Origin: a virus
Virus record (IMG/VR): IMGVR_UViG_3300031576_000011
Coordinates: 1-64,000 of that record
Strand: one strand, 5' to 3'
DNA: 64,000 bases
Shown here in pieces: positions 1 to 9,214 of this stretch. Every line of letters starts with the position of its first letter. Position 1 is the stretch's first letter. A model generated the notes under the pieces. That model was not told where the DNA came from. It made no database searches and was given only the letters and a program-made list of their open reading frames with translations. The translations under genes and the position numbers were made by a program.

Positions 1-417
1 GCCGTTCGCCGTCGGTTGACCGCAGTCCGCGTACGCGGGGCAGCCCTCGCGCTGGCATTTGTTCTCTGGACAGGGCTGGGGATCGTCCCACCCGAGCACC
101 TCGAATGCATCCTCGAGCGCAGAGAGTCCGCCGGTGTAGTAGCACGGCGCGCCGTCCTTCGTTCCGGTGTAGGCGAACTGGCGAACCATGCTCTCGAGAG
201 CTTCCCGGCGGGCGCGCGCGGCATCGCCGCCGGCTCGCTCGGCCTGGGCCAGCGCCAGGTAGAGATCGAAGTGCAGCGAGCACGCGGGCCCCACCAGGCC
301 GGAGAACTGGAACCGGCACGTGCAGCTCCCGTCCGGGAGGACGGCCACGCCCGGCTTCTTCCCGCGCGCCAGGATGTCGGCCGGGTCCGGGTCGGGCGCG
401 CCGGCCGATGTCGCCAC
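1..417 (-). CDS. Hypothetical phage protein, 3' end beyond window edge
   Basis: Hand translation of the minus strand is open to the edge (...MVRQFAYTGTKDGAPCYYTGGLSALEDAFEVLGWDDP...); probable GTG start at 417 just after the stop of the preceding gene. Confidence 0.55.
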   Translation of the reverse strand, partial: MATSAGAPDPDPADILARGKKPGVAVLPDGSCTCRFQFSGLVGPACSLHFDLYLALAQAERAGGDAARARREALESMVRQFAYTGTKDGAPCYYTGGLSALEDAFEVLGWDDPQPCPENKCQREGCPAYADCGQPTANG

Positions 418-421
418 GGCG

Positions 422-1198
422 CTACCCACCGAGCGCCTCCGGTGGCAGCACGATCGGCGGTCCCATCACCGCCTGCTTCACGACGTCCGGATTCGGCTCG
501 TGGCCGTCCGGGCCCGGCCCGCTCACGACCTCGTAGTTCGCGTCCGCGTCGTCGAGCCCGCAGTCCCCGCGCCGCAGGTGCTTCGCGCAGAATCCCCGCA
601 CGTCCTCGGAGAACACCGGATCCGTCGCGTGTCCCTGGTGGCAGTACCGCTTCTTCAGGCGGTAGACCGAGACGTGGGGGTTCGCGCACCCGGGCTGCGC
701 GCAGAGCGTCTTGAGGGGGCTCGGATCTGAGCCATGGTCCCCGGACTGGATCCACGCGAACGGCAGATGGCCAGCCGCGACCAGGAGATCGGTGGGCGCC
801 CCGTCGTAGCTGCTGGACCACACGGGGTGGCCCTTCCAGCTGAAGGTGATCGCGCCGACCTTCCGTGTCACGATCGCGGCCGTCCACTTGCCGGTGATGA
901 AGTCGCCGTAGAGCTCCGGGTACACGAAGGCCATCGCGCCCTTCAGGTCGATGTAGGTGCTGACGAGGCGCCAGTCGGCGCGGTGCTCCTCGCGGACGTA
1001 GAGGCCAGCCCCGAAGCGCCACTCGTTGCCGCTCAACCCGCTAGTCTTGTAGCGCTCGATGATCGCGAGATGCAAGAAGGCGTGGGCCAGCGCCTCCTCG
1101 CGATTGATCGGCACGACGGTCTTGGGGACGGGCGCGACGAACAGCACCTCATCGATGCCGTAGTCGTCCTCGTGCCGGCAGAAGAACCGCTTGTTCAT
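422..1198 (-). CDS. Hypothetical protein with C-terminal Cys-rich region
   Basis: Protein-like part of ORF 422..1687 begins at MNKRFF (ATG 1198, overlapping the stop at 1195). Confidence 0.65.
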   Translation of the reverse strand: MNKRFFCRHEDDYGIDEVLFVAPVPKTVVPINREEALAHAFLHLAIIERYKTSGLSGNEWRFGAGLYVREEHRADWRLVSTYIDLKGAMAFVYPELYGDFITGKWTAAIVTRKVGAITFSWKGHPVWSSSYDGAPTDLLVAAGHLPFAWIQSGDHGSDPSPLKTLCAQPGCANPHVSVYRLKKRYCHQGHATDPVFSEDVRGFCAKHLRRGDCGLDDADANYEVVSGPGPDGHEPNPDVVKQAVMGPPIVLPPEALGG

Positions 1199-1761
1199 GA
1201 TGCCTCCTGGGGCTCCGTCGGGTCCGGCGCGTCGGCCGCGGCCCCGGCGCGCGCCCGCCAGTAGGTGCGGCTGCGGTGGACGCGGGCACACCGGATCTTC
1301 AGGCGAATCGCATCGGACCGCCACCGCTCGATCTGGGCCACCAGAAGCGCGTCGCGCTCGGCCGACTTCATGGCCGGCACACTCGCCGCGATCTCGGGCA
1401 GGCCGGGCTCCTCCGGGATCTCCGCCTGCTCGAGCATCGCGCCGGTCGCCGCGGCCGAGACCCGCTCGGCGGCCTGGGCCCGCGTGCGCAGCGCGTCCCG
1501 GGACTCCCGCAGCCCCGCCACCACCTGGTTGAGCTTCGCCAAGTGCTCCCGCTGCTTCTCGATCCGCTCGTGCCACCAGATCCGCTCCGTTTCTGGGATC
1601 GGGTGCCGCAGCGCCACCGTGGCGCCGCCCTCGGCGAGCGCCGTCATTCCGCGCTCGATGACTACCGCCTCGTCCGGCGTGATCCACCGCCGACTCCGCA
1701 GCGCGTCGTGCAGGATGCGCACCGCCTTCTCGTGGGCCTCCTGCGCCGGCACGTTAGCCAC
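1195..1761 (-). CDS. Hypothetical coiled-coil protein
   Basis: 188 aa ORF overlapping both neighbours. Confidence 0.6.
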   Translation of the reverse strand: MANVPAQEAHEKAVRILHDALRSRRWITPDEAVVIERGMTALAEGGATVALRHPIPETERIWWHERIEKQREHLAKLNQVVAGLRESRDALRTRAQAAERVSAAATGAMLEQAEIPEEPGLPEIAASVPAMKSAERDALLVAQIERWRSDAIRLKIRCARVHRSRTYWRARAGAAADAPDPTEPQEAS

Positions 1762-2122
1762 GGGGGCCCTCCATGCCAGGGATGTTCGTCTGGACCTTGT
1801 GGCCCGCGTTGCGCAGCCCCTCGATCTCGTCCACCAAGGTCAGGTGCTTCTCCGCGAGCTGGGGGTTTCGGCGCTTCAGGCGCTGCACGATCGCGTAGAC
1901 GATCCCGGGACCGCCCTCCTTCGCCTGCGCGAGCATCATGCCCCAGCGTTCGGCCCAGATGCAGAGCACCGCCAACTCGTGCTGGTTGATCGCGATCGTG
2001 AGGTCGTTCGCGTGGGCGCACGGCAGGCCGGTGGTCCCGCAGTTCGGGCAGGCGGCGAGCCCCTTGAAGGATGGGATCTCGATGCCACAGAGGGTGCAGA
2101 AGCCCTCGCCGCGCTCAGACAC
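1754..2122 (-). CDS. Hypothetical zinc-ribbon protein
   Basis: CTLC...CPNC motifs; overlaps neighbours. Confidence 0.6.
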   Translation of the reverse strand: MSERGEGFCTLCGIEIPSFKGLAACPNCGTTGLPCAHANDLTIAINQHELAVLCIWAERWGMMLAQAKEGGPGIVYAIVQRLKRRNPQLAEKHLTLVDEIEGLRNAGHKVQTNIPGMEGPRG

Positions 2123-2465
2123 AGAGCCACCACCAGATCATCTTGCAGGCGACGTGCATCGCTTGGTCGCTGTGAATGTCGATCCAGCCTTCGCACTTCG
2201 AGAAGTCGATCACCCAGTGGGCCACGGTCTCCGCGAGCCCGAGCCAGACGCTTCCGGTCGCCAGCGTCACGGCGGCCCCGTGCATGATCGCGTGGGCCGT
2301 CAGAGCGTAGGGCCAGATGATCTGCGGCCTCTGGCCAGGCGGCGCGAAGGCCGCGGAGTCTCGGTGGCGGTTCTTCATCTTCGCGAGCGCGTCCGACTGC
2401 GCCCAGAAGTCGCCGACGGCGTGCCCGACCACCAGCCACCAGAGCATCGTCCAGTCGGGCATCAT
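2115..2465 (-). CDS. DUF3307-like membrane protein
   Basis: HAVGDFWAQ, HAIMHG, HWVIDFSK and DQAMH motifs with hydrophobic segments. Confidence 0.75.
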   Translation of the reverse strand: MMPDWTMLWWLVVGHAVGDFWAQSDALAKMKNRHRDSAAFAPPGQRPQIIWPYALTAHAIMHGAAVTLATGSVWLGLAETVAHWVIDFSKCEGWIDIHSDQAMHVACKMIWWWLCV

Positions 2466-2490
2466 GCGGCCACCATCTCGGCCATCGCGG

Positions 2491-3009
2491 TCACGGAGTC
2501 GGCTCCTCGAGTCGATCACAGAGGACCAGGACATCGCCGGCGAGCCCCTCGTCCGCCTGCGCGATCACCTGCACCAGCTTCCGGCTCTCGTCGGCGTAGA
2601 GGCGCCGGAAGTCCGGCGGGGCCGCGCCCATGTCCCGGAGGTTGTCGTAGCGGTCCGCCAGCTTGATTCGCTGAATGTCCTCGATCTCGTGCGCCAGCCG
2701 CTCGCGATCCATCGCCTTGCGGGCCGCGCGGTTCGCGCCCGAGGTCTTGCTCGTGTTCGTGAGTCCGCGCACGAGGTTCTCGATGCCCCAGCCGAACTCC
2801 CTTCGGATGTCCTCGAGCGTGATGGGCGTGTCCTCCACCACGTCGTGGAGCCACGCGGCGATGATGAGATCCTCGCGCGCCCACCGGACGGTCACGATCG
2901 CGGCGACACGGCCCGGGTGGTAGATGTAGGGCTCGCCACCGTAGCGGCGCACCTGGCCGACGTGGGCGCGACCCGCGAAGGCGGCGGCTTGCAGCACGAG
3001 ATTGGTCAT
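2491..3009 (-). CDS. Stand-alone HD-domain hydrolase of the RelA/SpoT (MESH1/small alarmone hydrolase) type
   Basis: AHVGQVR..GEPYIYHP, AAWLHDVVEDT, IKLADRYDNL; ATG at 3009. Confidence 0.8.
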   Translation of the reverse strand: MTNLVLQAAAFAGRAHVGQVRRYGGEPYIYHPGRVAAIVTVRWAREDLIIAAWLHDVVEDTPITLEDIRREFGWGIENLVRGLTNTSKTSGANRAARKAMDRERLAHEIEDIQRIKLADRYDNLRDMGAAPPDFRRLYADESRKLVQVIAQADEGLAGDVLVLCDRLEEPTP

Positions 3010-3374
3010 GGTTCGTCTCCAGACCGGGGTGGTAACGGCGCGCCCTTGTATCGCCCGTTCCAGAGCCGCTGGAACACGTCGGTCTCCCAGCGGCCCCACC
3101 GCCGGCGCCACATGCGAGTGCCGTACCGCGCCACGTACCAGCAGGCCACCACGATCTGTTCGCGCGTGATGGCGTAGTCGCGCTGGATCGCGACCGCGCT
3201 CGATCCGCCCCACCACAAATCGGCGATCAGGTCCACCGACAGGCGGTGCCCCCCGATGCAGGGCCGGCCGCTGCACCGACCCGGCGAGACCCAGACGCAT
3301 GGGTGCTGGTTCCACCAGCGCGTCACTCGGGCCCAGGCCCGCCGCTGGGCCGCGCTCGGCCTTCGATAGATCAT
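3006..3374 (-). CDS. DUF433-like HTH protein
   Basis: PGRCSGRPCIGGHRLSVDLI...AIQRDYAITREQI; ATG 3374 overlaps upstream stop. Confidence 0.7.
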   Translation of the reverse strand: MIYRRPSAAQRRAWARVTRWWNQHPCVWVSPGRCSGRPCIGGHRLSVDLIADLWWGGSSAVAIQRDYAITREQIVVACWYVARYGTRMWRRRWGRWETDVFQRLWNGRYKGAPLPPRSGDEP

Positions 3375-4180
3375 TCGGGCTTCTTCTCCTCTGGCGGGAA
3401 GCGCGTCTCGATGCGCTCTCGGAGCTCGTGGAGTTCCCGCGTCCGTTCCTCCGAGGACGCGAAGAGATCGGCGATCAGTCGGCGAAGCCGGTCGCCGCAC
3501 TTGGGGCCCCAGCGCGCATCCTCGACCGCGGCCCGGATCAACGTCCCGACCGGGGGCTTCAGCAGGATCGCGAGTTCGTTCCAGGTGCCCACCCCGAGCT
3601 TCATCAGCACGTCCTCCTGGGCCTCCTGCAGCGCCTGTAGCCGGTCGTACGCGTCGGACCGATCCTGCCGGATCGCGTCGTGGCCGGACGTGTCGCGGCC
3701 CTCCTTCAGGCCCTCGGCGTGGCCTTCCACGCGCGCCTGGTGGATGAGCCCGAAACTCTTCTGGATGAGCCTCGCCCACAGTTCCCTCCCGGGAGTGCCA
3801 ACGCGCAGGACGGCGGGATGCGCGATCTTCAGGCGCTTCCGCGCCGGGAGCATCAGGCCCCAGCCAGTCGGCAACTCGGACGTCAACACGACGGCTGGGG
3901 CCGCCACGATGTACCACTCGTCACACGACGTGACGGCGCGCGCCGACTTCTCCGGGTCCTTGAGTTCGACCAGCCAGTCCGCGCGGCTGGCCTTGATCTC
4001 GTGGCCGCGCAGCGTGTGTCCGCGCGACTGCCACAGGTTCAGGGCGAGGCAGTCCACGCGCCGGTTGTCAGCCAACGTGGCCTCGAAGATGGTCGCCCAC
4101 TCGCGGGACTTGCCCTCGTCCGGTTCGTAGGTCGCCTCGAGCGCGGCAACCAGCCTCGGGGTGGTCCAGGGCTCGCTCAC
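3371..4180 (-). CDS. MmcB-like PD-(D/E)XK nuclease with C-terminal coiled coil
   Basis: RRVDCLALNLWQS...GHEIKASRADWLVELKDPEKS; GTG 4180. Confidence 0.7.
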   Translation of the reverse strand: MSEPWTTPRLVAALEATYEPDEGKSREWATIFEATLADNRRVDCLALNLWQSRGHTLRGHEIKASRADWLVELKDPEKSARAVTSCDEWYIVAAPAVVLTSELPTGWGLMLPARKRLKIAHPAVLRVGTPGRELWARLIQKSFGLIHQARVEGHAEGLKEGRDTSGHDAIRQDRSDAYDRLQALQEAQEDVLMKLGVGTWNELAILLKPPVGTLIRAAVEDARWGPKCGDRLRRLIADLFASSEERTRELHELRERIETRFPPEEKKPE

Positions 4181-4527
4181 GGGGCCTCCGGCGCAATCGC
4201 CGGAACCGGCAGCGCCGAAATCGACCGCCGGCACTCCCGGCACATCCATCCCAGCCTTTCCGTCGGGAATCGAGTGGTGGTGACCAGCGCCCAGCCGTTC
4301 TCTGGATCGAACACGCCCGCCTCGATCCGGAGCGACGCGTCGTCGCCGTCGCGTCCGATCTTGCGCTCTTCCGTGAAGATCGCGAACTGCTGCTCGCGTC
4401 CGCAGAAGGCGCAGACCGTGCGCCGCGCGACCTCCTGCAGATCGACCATGAAGCGATCGATGATCGCCACGAGCCGATCGCGCACTTGCGCGAGCGTGCA
4501 GGGTTCAGGCGTCAGTTCGTCGCTCAT
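4177..4527 (-). CDS. Hypothetical zinc-binding protein
   Basis: CAFC and CREC; AGGAGA RBS before ATG 4527. Confidence 0.6.
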   Translation of the reverse strand: MSDELTPEPCTLAQVRDRLVAIIDRFMVDLQEVARRTVCAFCGREQQFAIFTEERKIGRDGDDASLRIEAGVFDPENGWALVTTTRFPTERLGWMCRECRRSISALPVPAIAPEAP

Positions 4528-4754
4528 GGCGTCTCTCCTTGTTTCTCGACCGGCCCGCACCAGCGCCCCGAGATCGCCTCGGGGCCCAGTTGGCCGCTCA
4601 CCAGGTGCCGTGGCCCCACCAGCATGGCGGCCGCCTCGCCGTTCCGGATCTCCACGCGCGGATCGTACGGTCCTCCCGCCAGGTCTAGGTTCTCGTCGCC
4701 GGCCTGGAAGATCCGGTTACACCCGAAGCAGCGGTACTCGGCCGGGGTGGTCAT
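4524..4754 (-). CDS. Hypothetical protein
   Basis: MTTPAEYRCFGC...; ATGA overlaps with both neighbours. Confidence 0.55.
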   Translation of the reverse strand: MTTPAEYRCFGCNRIFQAGDENLDLAGGPYDPRVEIRNGEAAAMLVGPRHLVSGQLGPEAISGRWCGPVEKQGETP

Positions 4755-5140
4755 CCCACGACCAGCCCGCAACTCGCACACCGCGTACCGACCGCCGCGT
4801 CCGCGCCGCCGGCGCACAGGCAGTACCGCTCGGCCTCGCGCACGTGCGCGGGCTTCGCCGCCTCGACCTTCGCGTCGCGCAACTTGGCCGGTGCGGCCCG
4901 GGAGCACGTCGGGCACACGGCGCGGCCGCTCGGGCCCACGCCATGCTCCCGCACGCAGACGTGACCGCACGCGAAGACGAGCCGCCAGCCGCCGTCCACG
5001 CGTTCGGCGGAGGTCACGAGTCGGCAGACGTCGGCGGAGGGCGGGACGTGCTTCCGCAGCGACCAGGCGATGAGCCCGTTCTGGCGCGTCGCGTGGGCCT
5101 TGCGGCTCGCGTTCTCCTGGGCGCGCGTCGGATCTCTCAC
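4751..5140 (-). CDS. Hypothetical Cys-rich protein
   Basis: GTG 5140 overlaps upstream stop; CGH, CPTC, CYC-like and CASC motifs. Confidence 0.5.
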   Translation of the reverse strand: MRDPTRAQENASRKAHATRQNGLIAWSLRKHVPPSADVCRLVTSAERVDGGWRLVFACGHVCVREHGVGPSGRAVCPTCSRAAPAKLRDAKVEAAKPAHVREAERYCLCAGGADAAVGTRCASCGLVVG

Positions 5141-5511
5141 GTCCGAAGCTCCCGCAGGCACTCTTCGATCACGGCCAGCCGGCGCGACGGATCGGTGGGC
5201 ACGGACTTCGCCGCCAGCTCGCAGATCTGGCAGACGAACGCCGTGTCGCCGTCGTGGGGCTTCGGCACGATCCGCGCGACCTCCTCGGACACCGTCAGGC
5301 AATCGATCGTCTCGGCCCGGTTCAGCATGGCCTTCACCGCGCCAGCCACGCGGGCCTGGACCATCGTGGGCCACCACCGCGGGTCTCCGAGCCCGCTGTC
5401 GCCGAGCAGTCCCAACGCGCGGATCGCCCTCGCGTCGCCCCCCACCGCGAGGCCAAGCAACAGGCGGCCGGCGGCGTCCCTGGTTGGCAGCACCTCGTTC
5501 TCGGCCGTCAC
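5137..5511 (-). CDS. Hypothetical protein
   Basis: Protein-like C-terminal part of ORF 5137..5784; GTGA overlap at 5508-5511. Confidence 0.55.
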   Translation of the reverse strand: MTAENEVLPTRDAAGRLLLGLAVGGDARAIRALGLLGDSGLGDPRWWPTMVQARVAGAVKAMLNRAETIDCLTVSEEVARIVPKPHDGDTAFVCQICELAAKSVPTDPSRRLAVIEECLRELRT

Positions 5512-5846
5512 GACTGGTACTGCTCCATGTCCTCGTCGCACTTCGTGCAGCGCTGCGGATCGTCGCTCGATGTGATCGTCATCCGCTGGCACCGCGCGCA
5601 GGAGAAGATGTGGCACGTTGGGAAGTGCGTCCGCACCGAGGCGGCCGCCTCGAGCAGCCTGGCCTCGATCGTCGCCCGGATCTTCTCGCGCGTCTCCGTG
5701 TCGTTCGGCTGGCCCTCGAACATCTGCAAGTCGGCGCGCACGACCCGAACGACGCGACGCACCGCGCGGCGGCGCCCCCACCATCGCCAGAGCCGGCGGA
5801 GCGGGTTCAGTGGAGCAGTTCCCGGTGGACGAGCCCGTCCGCCCAT
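5508..5846 (-). CDS. Hypothetical zinc-ribbon protein
   Basis: CARC...CTKC; start uncertain. Confidence 0.5.
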   Translation of the reverse strand: MGGRARPPGTAPLNPLRRLWRWWGRRRAVRRVVRVVRADLQMFEGQPNDTETREKIRATIEARLLEAAASVRTHFPTCHIFSCARCQRMTITSSDDPQRCTKCDEDMEQYQS

Positions 5847-6091
5847 CTCATGTGGAGGTGCGCGTGCGCGACCAGTCCGTCCTCGAGCCAGAACTGGATC
5901 TCGGCCCGTTCGACCCTCAAGGAATCGGCGCCCACGCCGCTCGCGCCGGCCCGACGGTAGACCCAGATCGCGTCGGTGCGGTCGTCCGGGATCCCGGCGA
6001 TCGCCTCGAGCTCGGCTGCGGGCATCCGGAGCATCTCACCCGCGAGGAGGGCGCGGAAGGGGAAGGGCTTGGCGAGGTTCTGGCTACTCAT
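5807..6091 (-). CDS. Hypothetical protein
   Basis: MSSQNLAKPF...; ATGA overlap with the nucleotidyltransferase stop. Confidence 0.5.
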   Translation of the reverse strand: MSSQNLAKPFPFRALLAGEMLRMPAAELEAIAGIPDDRTDAIWVYRRAGASGVGADSLRVERAEIQFWLEDGLVAHAHLHMRWADGLVHRELLH

Positions 6092-6831
6092 GCCCGCACC
6101 CGCTCGCGCAAGAGGTCCATGACGACGTGCTCCGCCAACTCGTGGTCCGGTCCGGCCGGGAGCGGGCTCGTGTCGACCAACGCGAAGACCTCGTGATCGT
6201 ACGCCTGCATCTTGGCCAGGAACTCGTCGCGGGGGTAACCTCCCGATCGGATCTTGAGGATCTCGGCGCGGTCGGACTCTGGCAGTCGCACGACGAGTGC
6301 TCCGGTGCGGAACAGGTGTTCGCTCATGCGAAGCAGCCGGTAGGCGTTGGCGCCGTGCTTCGTGTTCCAGCCGTACTGCTCGATCAGCGCCTTCCCCACG
6401 GCCCCACACTTCCGCGTGGTCTCGCCCGCGATCCGGCGCAAGTCGCCCTGCGCGAAGCCGCCGAGGGTGCGCTTCAGGTGTCGCCCGAGGAACGTCGCGC
6501 GGATTTCCAGCAGCGCCAACCAGGCGGGCCCCGCGTACTCGATCACGTCGGACGGGTAGAAGAGCATCTCGAGTGGCAGCGGCGATCCCGCGAGGCAGAG
6601 GCGCACGAAGTGCCGGAGCTCGAAGGCCGTCGCGTCGAGCGGCGTGGCCTCGGCGTGGGACTCGATCGTGTGCAGCCCGAGGATGTGCTCGGGGTCCGGG
6701 AGGAAGACGCCGCGCACGTCGAGGTCGCTGGTCGGCATGCGCGTGCCGTAGGCGGAGGAGCCGGCCCGCGCGAGGAAGATGCAGTTGCGCCGCCAGGGGC
6801 CGTCGTGCTGGAAGGCTTCCGTGGGGGTCAT
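6088..6831 (-). CDS. Pol-beta superfamily nucleotidyltransferase (RlaP/Nuc-transf-like)
   Basis: GSSAYG...SDLDVRGVF, ELRHFVRLCLAGSP..LEML, KHGANAYRLL. Confidence 0.85.
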   Translation of the reverse strand: MTPTEAFQHDGPWRRNCIFLARAGSSAYGTRMPTSDLDVRGVFLPDPEHILGLHTIESHAEATPLDATAFELRHFVRLCLAGSPLPLEMLFYPSDVIEYAGPAWLALLEIRATFLGRHLKRTLGGFAQGDLRRIAGETTRKCGAVGKALIEQYGWNTKHGANAYRLLRMSEHLFRTGALVVRLPESDRAEILKIRSGGYPRDEFLAKMQAYDHEVFALVDTSPLPAGPDHELAEHVVMDLLRERVRA

Positions 6832-7271
6832 CGGCAGGAACACTCCGCGATTAGGCCCAAGCGGCGTTCGATCTCGAGGCGCGCGCAGTTCGCCCGACGC
6901 CGCGCCTCGGCCTCGTCGTGCGCAGCCGGGATCAACCGCGCCTGCCCCCGTTTCCGGTCGCGGCTCGCGCCCGCACGGGCGACATGGAGCCCGACGTCGA
7001 TCCGAAGGTGGCATCGGTTACACATCGCACGAAGATGCGATGGATTCGCGCAGAGTGGGTCGCACTCGCAGAGGTGCGCGGTCGTCAACATGACTCGCCC
7101 GCCGGCCCATTTCGCCGGCGCGCGGTCCCGCTCTGTGCAGCGCCGCGGTCCGCCGGTTGTCCGGTGGAGTCCGCACTCGCCGCGGCACTCGCATTGCCCG
7201 GCCGCTCGGACCTCGCGGATCTGCTTCGCGACCGACTTCCAGTTCGCCGGGTAGGCGGCGTGGTCACCCAC
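6828..7271 (-). CDS. HNH endonuclease-like protein
   Basis: YPANWK..., CECRGECG, LTTAHL...NPSHLRAMCNRCHLRID. Confidence 0.75.
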   Translation of the reverse strand: MGDHAAYPANWKSVAKQIREVRAAGQCECRGECGLHRTTGGPRRCTERDRAPAKWAGGRVMLTTAHLCECDPLCANPSHLRAMCNRCHLRIDVGLHVARAGASRDRKRGQARLIPAAHDEAEARRRANCARLEIERRLGLIAECSCR

Positions 7272-7308
7272 GGTTGCCTTCCATGGTTGTTGATGCTACT
7301 CTGACGCC

Positions 7309-7722
7309 GTGGGCGTGGTCCACTTCGGTTCCCGAAATCCGAACTGGCGCGGCGGTCGCGTCGTCGCCAGTAACGGATACGTTCTCGTGCGGCGACCTGG
7401 GCACCCGCTCGCGGACGTCCGCGGGTACGTTTACGAGCACCGCCTCGTTGCGTGCGCGATCCTCGGTCGCCTCCTGCGTCCGGGCGAGCACGTCCACCAC
7501 AAGAACCACAACAAGCGCAACAACCGCCGCGACAATCTTGAGGTGGTCACGCCACCCACGCACGGCGTCCGACATCGCGCCGCGGGCTGCCGCCGCAGGC
7601 TGCCCGGTCAGTGCAACCCGACGGTGCGCTGCGCCTGCGGATGTGGCGCGCGTCTGCGTCACTTCGACGTGTGGGGACGCCCCAGGAAGTACGTGACCGG
7701 GCACAACACCGGCGCACGGTAG
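7309..7722 (+). CDS. HNH homing-type endonuclease, antisense to the surrounding operon
   Basis: NPNWRGGR, GYVYEHRLV, EHVHHKNHNKRNNRRDNLEV, CACGCG. Confidence 0.8.
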   Translation: MGVVHFGSRNPNWRGGRVVASNGYVLVRRPGHPLADVRGYVYEHRLVACAILGRLLRPGEHVHHKNHNKRNNRRDNLEVVTPPTHGVRHRAAGCRRRLPGQCNPTVRCACGCGARLRHFDVWGRPRKYVTGHNTGAR

Positions 7723-7761
7723 CGTCGCGTCGGTCCACTCGATCTTCGTGCGATCACCCAC
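7720..7761 (-). pseudogene. N-terminal remnant of a phage Gp37/Gp68 (DUF5131)-like gene
   Basis: MGDRTKIEWTDAT resembles the conserved DUF5131 N-terminus; the rest of ORF 7264..7761 is only the antisense of the HNH gene. Confidence 0.45.
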
Positions 7762-7782
7762 GTGCCGGAGCCTCCGCGTCGC

Positions 7783-8160
7783 TCACGTGCGCGGCCCCAC
7801 GCCCGAGTAGGGCTTCGCGTGGCCCTTCTCGATCATCACGAGGTTGATCGCCTTTTCCATGAGCGGTTCGCCCTTCTCGCCGACCGGGAACACCTCCACC
7901 AAGAGGCGCCCGTACTTCTCGCGCTTGTCCTTGTGCGTTCGGACGTACACGGACTTGTGGAGCACGAGTTCGGCCAGGAAGTCGCGAGCCGCGACTCCCG
8001 GCGTCTTGTCCGCGACCCCGTGGAGCTCCGGCGTGTTGATCCCCAACAGCCGGACCACCTCGCGCTTCCAGACCGAGCATCCGAGATCGAGCTGGAGCAC
8101 GCAGGTGTCCCCGTCGATCACCTTCTCGACGATCGCGAAGTAGCGGTACTCGTGGGCCAT
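7783..8160 (-). CDS. Thermonuclease (SNase-like)
   Basis: VIDGDT, VRLLGINTPE, KYGRLL, INLVMIEKGHA; AGGAGG RBS. Confidence 0.9.
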   Translation of the reverse strand: MAHEYRYFAIVEKVIDGDTCVLQLDLGCSVWKREVVRLLGINTPELHGVADKTPGVAARDFLAELVLHKSVYVRTHKDKREKYGRLLVEVFPVGEKGEPLMEKAINLVMIEKGHAKPYSGVGPRT

Positions 8161-8168
8161 GGGTCCTC

Positions 8169-8576
8169 CTACTGTGCGGCCGACTCCGGTGTGCCAGCGG
8201 GCTGGGCGGGCGCGGCCGCGGGCGTGACCGGCCCGTTCTGTGGCGCCGCGTCAGCCGGCGGTGGCGTCGGGGGCTTGATCCCGTGCGCGTGGCACCCAGC
8301 GGCGAAGGACGTCGCGTACTCCTCGAACACCTGCTGGCACAGCGCCATCCCGGCCGCGAAGCCTTGGCGCTGCGCGACGTTCGTCGTGACCATCCCGAGG
8401 AGGCTGACGCAGACGCTGGTCACGAGTTCGGCCTGGTTGAAGGGCTGGCCCGCGGCGGACTCACGCGCCGCCCGGATGAACCGCGTGGCGATGTTCGCCG
8501 CAACGGCCTGCAGCGCCTGGCGCTTGGCCTCCTTCGCGGGATCGATGATTCGTGTGGGCGGGGGCGTATCGTTCAC
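8169..8576 (-). CDS. Hypothetical protein
   Basis: 135 aa ORF, AGGAGG RBS, GTGA overlap. Confidence 0.6.
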   Translation of the reverse strand: MNDTPPPTRIIDPAKEAKRQALQAVAANIATRFIRAARESAAGQPFNQAELVTSVCVSLLGMVTTNVAQRQGFAAGMALCQQVFEEYATSFAAGCHAHGIKPPTPPPADAAPQNGPVTPAAAPAQPAGTPESAAQ

Positions 8577-8914
8577 GCGGCACCTCCTGTGGGGGCCTCG
8601 GGCGCGGGCTTCGGGAAGAGCCCTGGGATGTCCGCGAGCGTCGCGCTGAGTCCCTTCTCGAACTTGGCGAACTCCTCGCGGGCGTACTCGAGCCCGCCCA
8701 TCTTGACCATGGTGCGGAGGATCGCGGACATCGACATCAGGTGGACCCAGATCAGGACGCGCTCCATCCGCATGCCGTTGGCCTTCGAGATCTCCGCGGC
8801 GGCCGCCGTGATCTGGCCGCAGATGCTCTGGATCAGGAGCGCGGTGCAGGCGTGGACGCGATCCTCCGGGGTGCGCGGGCCGCCCTCGGCTTCGTTCGTG
8901 GGGTCCTCAGCCAT
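8573..8914 (-). CDS. Hypothetical protein
   Basis: 113 aa protein-like ORF. Confidence 0.6.
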   Translation of the reverse strand: MAEDPTNEAEGGPRTPEDRVHACTALLIQSICGQITAAAAEISKANGMRMERVLIWVHLMSMSAILRTMVKMGGLEYAREEFAKFEKGLSATLADIPGLFPKPAPEAPTGGAA

Positions 8915-8983
8915 CTGCGTGCGATCCTCGCAAATCGCCGGCCGTGCCCCAAGAGGTTACGGCGTGTCCGGTCGCGCCGTGTC

Positions 8984-9181
8984 CTACTGGCCGCGAGACA
9001 GTCGGCGCGCGCGCTTCTGCACGCAGGCCCGGCACCAGGCCAGGGCGGCGTCGGCGGCGACGCGGATCGTGAGGTCGGCGCCGCACTCCGCCACGTTCGG
9101 GACCGGCGACTCGACGTGGGCGCGATCGTCGCCCGCGGTGAATCGTGGGCCGGTCTGGATCTGGACGGGGATGCTGGGCAT
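8984..9181 (-). CDS. Hypothetical protein
   Basis: 65 aa, GGAG RBS. Confidence 0.45.
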   Translation of the reverse strand: MPSIPVQIQTGPRFTAGDDRAHVESPVPNVAECGADLTIRVAADAALAWCRACVQKRARRLSRGQ

Positions 9182-9214
9182 CGAACTCTCCTCGCGCCGC
9201 GCGCGGGCCAGAGT

